Of a stretch of 64,000 nucleotides of DNA, positions 59,274 through 64,000 are shown piece by piece. Origin of the DNA: an uncultured Acidobacteriota bacterium (GTDB lineage Bacteria; Acidobacteriota; Terriglobia; Versatilivoradales; Versatilivoraceae); contig CAYWYX010000001.1 of the NCBI GenBank assembly GCA_964462735.1, positions 4,539 to 68,538 of the forward strand. Reading direction: 5' to 3'. The notes beneath the pieces are model-generated. The model was given only the letters and a program-made list of their open reading frames with translations, searched no databases and was not told where the DNA came from. Positions within the stretch are counted from its first letter, which is position 1, and every line of letters starts with the position of its first letter. Position numbers and translations under genes: made by a program.

Positions 59274-60650
59274 ATGTTTAAGAAAATCCAAAGAATTCAC
59301 ATGGTTGGTATCGGTGGCTCTGGAATGAGTGGAATTGCGGAAGTCCTACTAAACAGAGGCTATTTAGTCACAGGATCAGACATTAAGTTATCACCTATTA
59401 CTGCGAGGTTAGTTTCGTTGGGAGCTCGAATTAGTGAGGGTCACTCCAAAGATCAACTAGATAACGCCGATTTGCTTGTATTTTCTTCAGCCGTAAAGAG
59501 AAATAATCCAGAGGTAAGTGAGGCTCAGCGTAGAAAAATTCCAACTATTCCCCGTGCTGAAATGCTTGCAGAATTAATGAGAATGAAATATGGAATTACC
59601 ATAGCAGGAACTCATGGCAAAACAACTACTACCTCAATAGTAGCTACAGTTCTTGGAAATGGAGGATTAGATCCTACTGTTGTATTAGGAGGGAGACTAG
59701 ATACTTTCGGTAGTAATGCCAAACTAGGAACGGGAGAGTTTATGATAGTAGAAGCAGATGAGAGTGACCGTTCTTTTTTGCTTCTATCACCTACAGTTGC
59801 AATCGTAACGAATATTGACGAAGACCACATGGAGAGTTATTCCAGTATAGAAGATCTAAAAAATACTTTTCTACAATTTGTCAATAAGGTTCCTTTTTAT
59901 GGAGTCGTAGTACTTTGCCTAGATGATATCGTAACCAAATCAATCGTACCAAAAATCAAAAGACGGATAATTACCTATGGTTTTTGTAAAGAAGCCGATT
60001 TACATATCAGTAATGCTACCTTCAAAGGGTCAAAATCACAGTTCTCTTTGCATGATCGTGGAACTTTGGTTGGAAAATTTGAACTTAACATTCCAGGTAG
60101 ACACAATATCTTGAATGCTGTAGCTGCAATTGCTGTTGGTTTAGACTTAGGTATCTCTGTTAAATCTCTATGTTCTTCCTTAACTAGTTTCTCAGGAGTG
60201 GATAGGAGATTTCAATTAAAGGGTGCCATTAATGGGATAACATTAATAGATGACTATGCCCACCATCCCACTGAAATTGCTGTTACCTTAGAAGCAGCTA
60301 AGTATTTGGAACACAATCGACTGGTTGTGGTTTTCCAGCCCCATCGTTACACCAGAACACAGTATTGCTTTGGAGGATTCGTTCGGGTTCTTCAAGAAGC
60401 TGATCTAATCTTTCTGACTGATATCTATGCAGCAGGGGAGGAACCTATAAAAGGTTTGACTTCCAATAAACTTGTCAGTGCTATCCAAAAGGATGGCCAT
60501 CAACACACCCATTATCTGAATGATTTAAACCAGATGTCTCAACTAGTTAGTTATTTGAAAGATGGAGATCTTGTGATTACCATGGGGGCTGGCAATGTTT
60601 GGACTGTGGCAAATTCCCTATTAGAAGAGCTTATGAGAAAGACTCATTAG
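59274..60650 (+). CDS. murC: UDP-N-acetylmuramate--L-alanine ligase
   Basis: IHMVGIGGSGMSGIAE N-terminus and GTHGKTTTT P-loop. Confidence 0.9.
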   Translation: MFKKIQRIHMVGIGGSGMSGIAEVLLNRGYLVTGSDIKLSPITARLVSLGARISEGHSKDQLDNADLLVFSSAVKRNNPEVSEAQRRKIPTIPRAEMLAELMRMKYGITIAGTHGKTTTTSIVATVLGNGGLDPTVVLGGRLDTFGSNAKLGTGEFMIVEADESDRSFLLLSPTVAIVTNIDEDHMESYSSIEDLKNTFLQFVNKVPFYGVVVLCLDDIVTKSIVPKIKRRIITYGFCKEADLHISNATFKGSKSQFSLHDRGTLVGKFELNIPGRHNILNAVAAIAVGLDLGISVKSLCSSLTSFSGVDRRFQLKGAINGITLIDDYAHHPTEIAVTLEAAKYLEHNRLVVVFQPHRYTRTQYCFGGFVRVLQEADLIFLTDIYAAGEEPIKGLTSNKLVSAIQKDGHQHTHYLNDLNQMSQLVSYLKDGDLVITMGAGNVWTVANSLLEELMRKTH

Positions 60651-60732
60651 AGAGTAATCTCATAGAAATTAAACAGAGTAGCTAATAATGAGATGATGAA
60701 AAACCATTAACTAGCAAAACAGGGTAAGAATA

Positions 60733-61599
60733 ATGAATCTTCTACAAGAAAAGACCACTGCGATCTTGGGAAAACAACAAAAACAAAAATTACGAAAAAA
60801 CAAAAGTGTTATAAATCGTTTATTCTGGGCACTCAAGTTTTCTTTTGGTGTACTAACAATAGTCCTTGTAAGCTTGAGTTTCTACTGGATTAAGGAACGT
60901 TTATACCATTCTCCTCGATTTGACATAGCATTTAAGGAAATTAATGGTTTGGAGCATATTTCTCAGAGTTTGGTTTTACTGAAGATTAACGAATTGGAAG
61001 AGCAAAGCCAAAATATTCTTACCTTCGATTTAAGTAAACTTAGAAGTAACCTTAAATTACTTCCTTGGGTTAAAGAAGCTGCTGTCAGAAGAATTTTTCC
61101 AGACAAATTGGTCATAGACATTGAAGAAAGAGTGCCAATAGCTTTTGCCAGGATTGATCGTGACACTGTTCTAATTGACGAAGGCTGTGTTATCCTCCAG
61201 ACCAACCCAGAAACTCTTCCTCAGTTTGATTTTCCTGTTATTCTCGGTATTGAATATACTTTTGAAGCGGATGGTTTGAGTAGAAATAAAGGGCGTATAA
61301 TCTTGTATCGGCGCTTGTTAGACTCTTTAGATGGGGGTGGAGCTCAATTTTCCCAAGACCTGTCAGAAGTCCACTTAGAGGATTTGGGAAATGTCTCAGT
61401 AATCTTAGATGGGGATACCGTTTTAGTACATTTAGGTAACAATAATTTTCAAGAAAAATTTCGAAAATACCTAGCTACTAGTCGAGAACTTAAACGTAAA
61501 TATAAACACTTGGACTCGGTAGATCTCCGGTACAAAAATCAAATGGTTATTCGCACGTTGAAAGGTAAATCTCCAAGGAAAGAATTTGGTAACAGCTAA
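60733..61599 (+). CDS. ftsQ: Cell division protein FtsQ/DivIB (POTRA domain)
   Basis: Position between murC and ftsA. Single TM (FGVLTIVLVSLSFYWI), then POTRA-like beta-alpha repeats. Confidence 0.7.
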   Translation: MNLLQEKTTAILGKQQKQKLRKNKSVINRLFWALKFSFGVLTIVLVSLSFYWIKERLYHSPRFDIAFKEINGLEHISQSLVLLKINELEEQSQNILTFDLSKLRSNLKLLPWVKEAAVRRIFPDKLVIDIEERVPIAFARIDRDTVLIDEGCVILQTNPETLPQFDFPVILGIEYTFEADGLSRNKGRIILYRRLLDSLDGGGAQFSQDLSEVHLEDLGNVSVILDGDTVLVHLGNNNFQEKFRKYLATSRELKRKYKHLDSVDLRYKNQMVIRTLKGKSPRKEFGNS

Positions 61600-61662
61600 G
61601 TTTTAGACAATTTTATTTACTATTTGTTAGTTAACAGGGTTTAACCTCTTATTCTAAGAAAG

Positions 61663-62904
61663 TTGGAGAGTCTTTTGGCTGAAAAAATTAAATATGTAGT
61701 TGGCCTTGATCTAGGAAGCTCAAAAATTTGTGCTGTGATCTGTGAGATCAATGAAACAGAAGGTCTGGATCTTGTTGGGTTTGGATCCACTGAATCGAAA
61801 GGATTGAGCAGAGGCGTGGTGGTCAATTTAGATGCAGCAGCAGCAGTTATTAAGCAGTCCGTTGAGGAAGCAGAAAGAGCTGCTGAGACCGTAGTAGAGT
61901 CTGTTTTTGTTGGTGTTTCTGGAGAACACGTTAAGAGTTTTAATAGTCGGGGAGCCGTATCGATAAGTACTGATAATCGAGAAATTAGTGTGGAAGATGT
62001 TGAGCTAGTCATAGATAGAGCAAAGGAAGCAATCTCATTACCATCTGATGTAAAAATTGTTCATATGATACCCCAGGCATTTGTTGTCGATGGACAAGAG
62101 GGAATTAAAGAACCGTTGGGCCTTTTAGGTGGCCATTTAGAAGTAGGTTGTCATGTTATTACAGCTTCAAATCTTGCTCATCAAAATGTTGTAACTGCTG
62201 TTAATCGAGCTGGCGTCGTAGTGAATGATACTATTCTACAACAATTAGCTTCAGCTGAAAGTACCCTAAGTAATGACGATAAAGAGTTAGGTGTTGCTGT
62301 CATTGATATTGGAGGTGGAACAACAGACCTTGCCATTTTTACTCAAGGAGCACTTCGACACACTTTTATTTTACCCCTTGCAGGTGACCAAATTACCAAC
62401 GACATAGCAGTCGGTCTGAGAACAACTATTCCTGAAGCAGAAAGGATTAAGCGTAAATATGGATGTGCCCTACCTAAGCTTATACCTGAAGAAGTAAGTT
62501 TTTCTGTATCTAGTGTTGGTGGCCGTAAACCTAAATCTATTGATAAAAGAATTCTGTGCGAAATTGTACAAGCTAGAATGGAGGAAATATTATTACTAAT
62601 TCAAGAGGAAATTAAACATGTTGGGTTTGACAGAAAACTGGGTGCTGGTCTTGTATTGACTGGAGGAACAGCACAACTGGAAGGAGTTGTTGAACTAGCT
62701 GAAGAAAAAATAGACCTTCCCGTGCGGTTGGGGACTCCAATTGGACTAGATAAAATGGAAGCGGTTTTACAAAGTTCAGCTTATTCAACAGCAATTGGAT
62801 TAGTACTTTATGGTTACCGTACTCATTTCAGAACAATTACTAAAGTAAATACTAATCGCAATCTTTTTTCAAGGATATGGTCATCACTCAAGAATCAGTC
62901 CTAG
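61663..62904 (+). CDS. ftsA: Cell division protein FtsA (actin-like ATPase)
   Basis: VVGLDLGSSKI phosphate-1, DIGGGTTD phosphate-2, and the C-terminal amphipathic tail. TTG start. Confidence 0.85.
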   Translation: MESLLAEKIKYVVGLDLGSSKICAVICEINETEGLDLVGFGSTESKGLSRGVVVNLDAAAAVIKQSVEEAERAAETVVESVFVGVSGEHVKSFNSRGAVSISTDNREISVEDVELVIDRAKEAISLPSDVKIVHMIPQAFVVDGQEGIKEPLGLLGGHLEVGCHVITASNLAHQNVVTAVNRAGVVVNDTILQQLASAESTLSNDDKELGVAVIDIGGGTTDLAIFTQGALRHTFILPLAGDQITNDIAVGLRTTIPEAERIKRKYGCALPKLIPEEVSFSVSSVGGRKPKSIDKRILCEIVQARMEEILLLIQEEIKHVGFDRKLGAGLVLTGGTAQLEGVVELAEEKIDLPVRLGTPIGLDKMEAVLQSSAYSTAIGLVLYGYRTHFRTITKVNTNRNLFSRIWSSLKNQS

Positions 62905-63260
62905 GCTTAACTGAGCAAAGATTAATAAGTTAAAGGATCTAATTCTCAACTTTAAAATCTTTATCTTATTGAAAATAAAATAGTTATATTTTAATAACCC
63001 ACTGTTTAGTCTAGAATTCAGAACAAATAATACTAAATGTAGTATATTTTTTCCTTGAATTCTCTGTTTTGACCCCTTATGTTGTGGATAGAGGTTTCTA
63101 ATTAATCTATGAAACCACTAGAAAATTTTAAACTTAAAGTAGTCCTTTTAAAAGAAATTTTTGTTGAACTGAATTAATCAAGTATAAAAGCAGCAGGAGT
63201 AAACTTAAATAAAACTCATTAATTAGAGATTTCTTCAGTTGGCCGAGGAGGTTATTAATT

Positions 63261-64000
63261 ATGACAAGAAATGCCCTTGGAAAGGGAATTGGTGCACTGC
63301 TAGGAGTCGAAGAAAATTCTGGCGGTACGAATCAGGGAAAAACTGAAACAGCTGTTCCTCCTGTGAAGTTTTTGTTAGATGAGAATATTCCTAAGGGTGC
63401 CGTAATAAAAGTTATTGGTGTTGGAGGTGGTGGTACCAATGCTGTGAATAGAATGATTGCTGCGCAGGTTGAAGGGGTAGAATTTATAGTAGCCAATACT
63501 GACTTGCAAGCGTTAAAAATGTCTGATGCGCCAATCAAGTTACAGATTGGAGCCAAATTAACAAATGGCCTCGGAGCTGGTGCAGACCCTGAAATTGGTA
63601 AACAGGCTGCTCTGGAAGATACAGAAAGAATCATAGATGCTTTAGAAGGAGCTGACATGGTCTTTGTGACAGCTGGTCTTGGAGGGGGTACCGGTACTGG
63701 TTCAGCGCCAGTTATTGCTGACCTAGCTGCACAATTAGGTGCGTTAACTGTGGCTATTGTAACTAAACCGTTTCTTTTTGAAGGAAAAAAAAGAGCTTTA
63801 CAGGCAGATCAAGGGTTAAAAGATTTAAAGGGTTGTGTTGATACTCTAATTTCAATTCCTAATGAACGTTTAGTAAGAACAATGGAAAAGGGCACTAGTC
63901 TTTCAGATGCTTTCAGGGTAGCTGATGATATCCTACGACAGGGAGTTCAAGGAATCTCGGATATTATTCAGGTTCCTGGTGTTATCAATGTGGATTTTGC
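63261..64000 (+). CDS. ftsZ: Cell division GTPase FtsZ (5' part; continues past the window end) with a ~35-aa N-terminal extension
   Basis: Tubulin signature [17 protein letters not shown] and T7-region NTD. Not in the ORF track because there is no stop in the window. ATG at 63261 with a GAGGAGG RBS 9 nt upstream; a canonical-length start would be the GTG at 63364. Confidence 0.85.
   Translation, partial: MTRNALGKGIGALLGVEENSGGTNQGKTETAVPPVKFLLDENIPKGAVIKVIGVGGGGTNAVNRMIAAQVEGVEFIVANTDLQALKMSDAPIKLQIGAKLTNGLGAGADPEIGKQAALEDTERIIDALEGADMVFVTAGLGGGTGTGSAPVIADLAAQLGALTVAIVTKPFLFEGKKRALQADQGLKDLKGCVDTLISIPNERLVRTMEKGTSLSDAFRVADDILRQGVQGISDIIQVPGVINVDF

Noticed and set aside
1-64000. CRISPR arrays, integrases/transposases, prophage genes, rRNA/tRNA genes
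   Set aside because: No spaced direct repeats and no recombinase-like ORFs. No cloverleaf candidates stood out in the intergenic regions, which are AT-rich promoter spacers.

Overview
This is a low-GC bacterial chromosomal segment of housekeeping genes, probably from a diderm organism to judge from several envelope and Lol-like proteins. I see no mobile elements, no CRISPR array and no rRNA or tRNA genes. The right third, from 46.9 kb to the window end, is a canonical dcw (division/cell-wall) cluster: mraZ-rsmH-ftsL-ftsI(PBP with PASTA)-murE-murF-mraY-murD-ftsW-murG-murC-ftsQ-ftsA-ftsZ. It is preceded by a 10-bp-phased array of AAAGTG[G/T] boxes, which I read as the MraZ operator. The rest contains recR (3' end), an SDR, a GT2/GT4/two-methyltransferase glycan locus, ruvX-mltG, an M16 peptidase translationally overlapping bioF-bioD, nfo, pgi, rpiB, pepF, mazG, acnA, a Lol-like ABC/FtsX/LolA-like cluster, ddl, asnS, hfq-like and ychF. 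The most interesting locus is a five-gene minus-strand operon at 22.3-27.4 kb (ThrC-like PLP enzyme, ThiF/MoeB E1, cysteine desulfurase, Asd, MoaD/ThiS-like protein ending in Gly-Gly). It is preceded by a near-consensus promoter, a textbook SAM-I (S-box) riboswitch and an intrinsic terminator. Together these point to a protein-thiocarboxylate (MetM/MetO-type) homocysteine/methionine route under SAM control. A second unusual gene encodes a 781-aa fusion of an FAD/NAD(P) pyridine-nucleotide-disulfide-oxidoreductase-like domain, a Trp-rich membrane domain and a NapH/COG0348-type polyferredoxin. All calls come from reading the ORF translations and the DNA directly; no database search was run.
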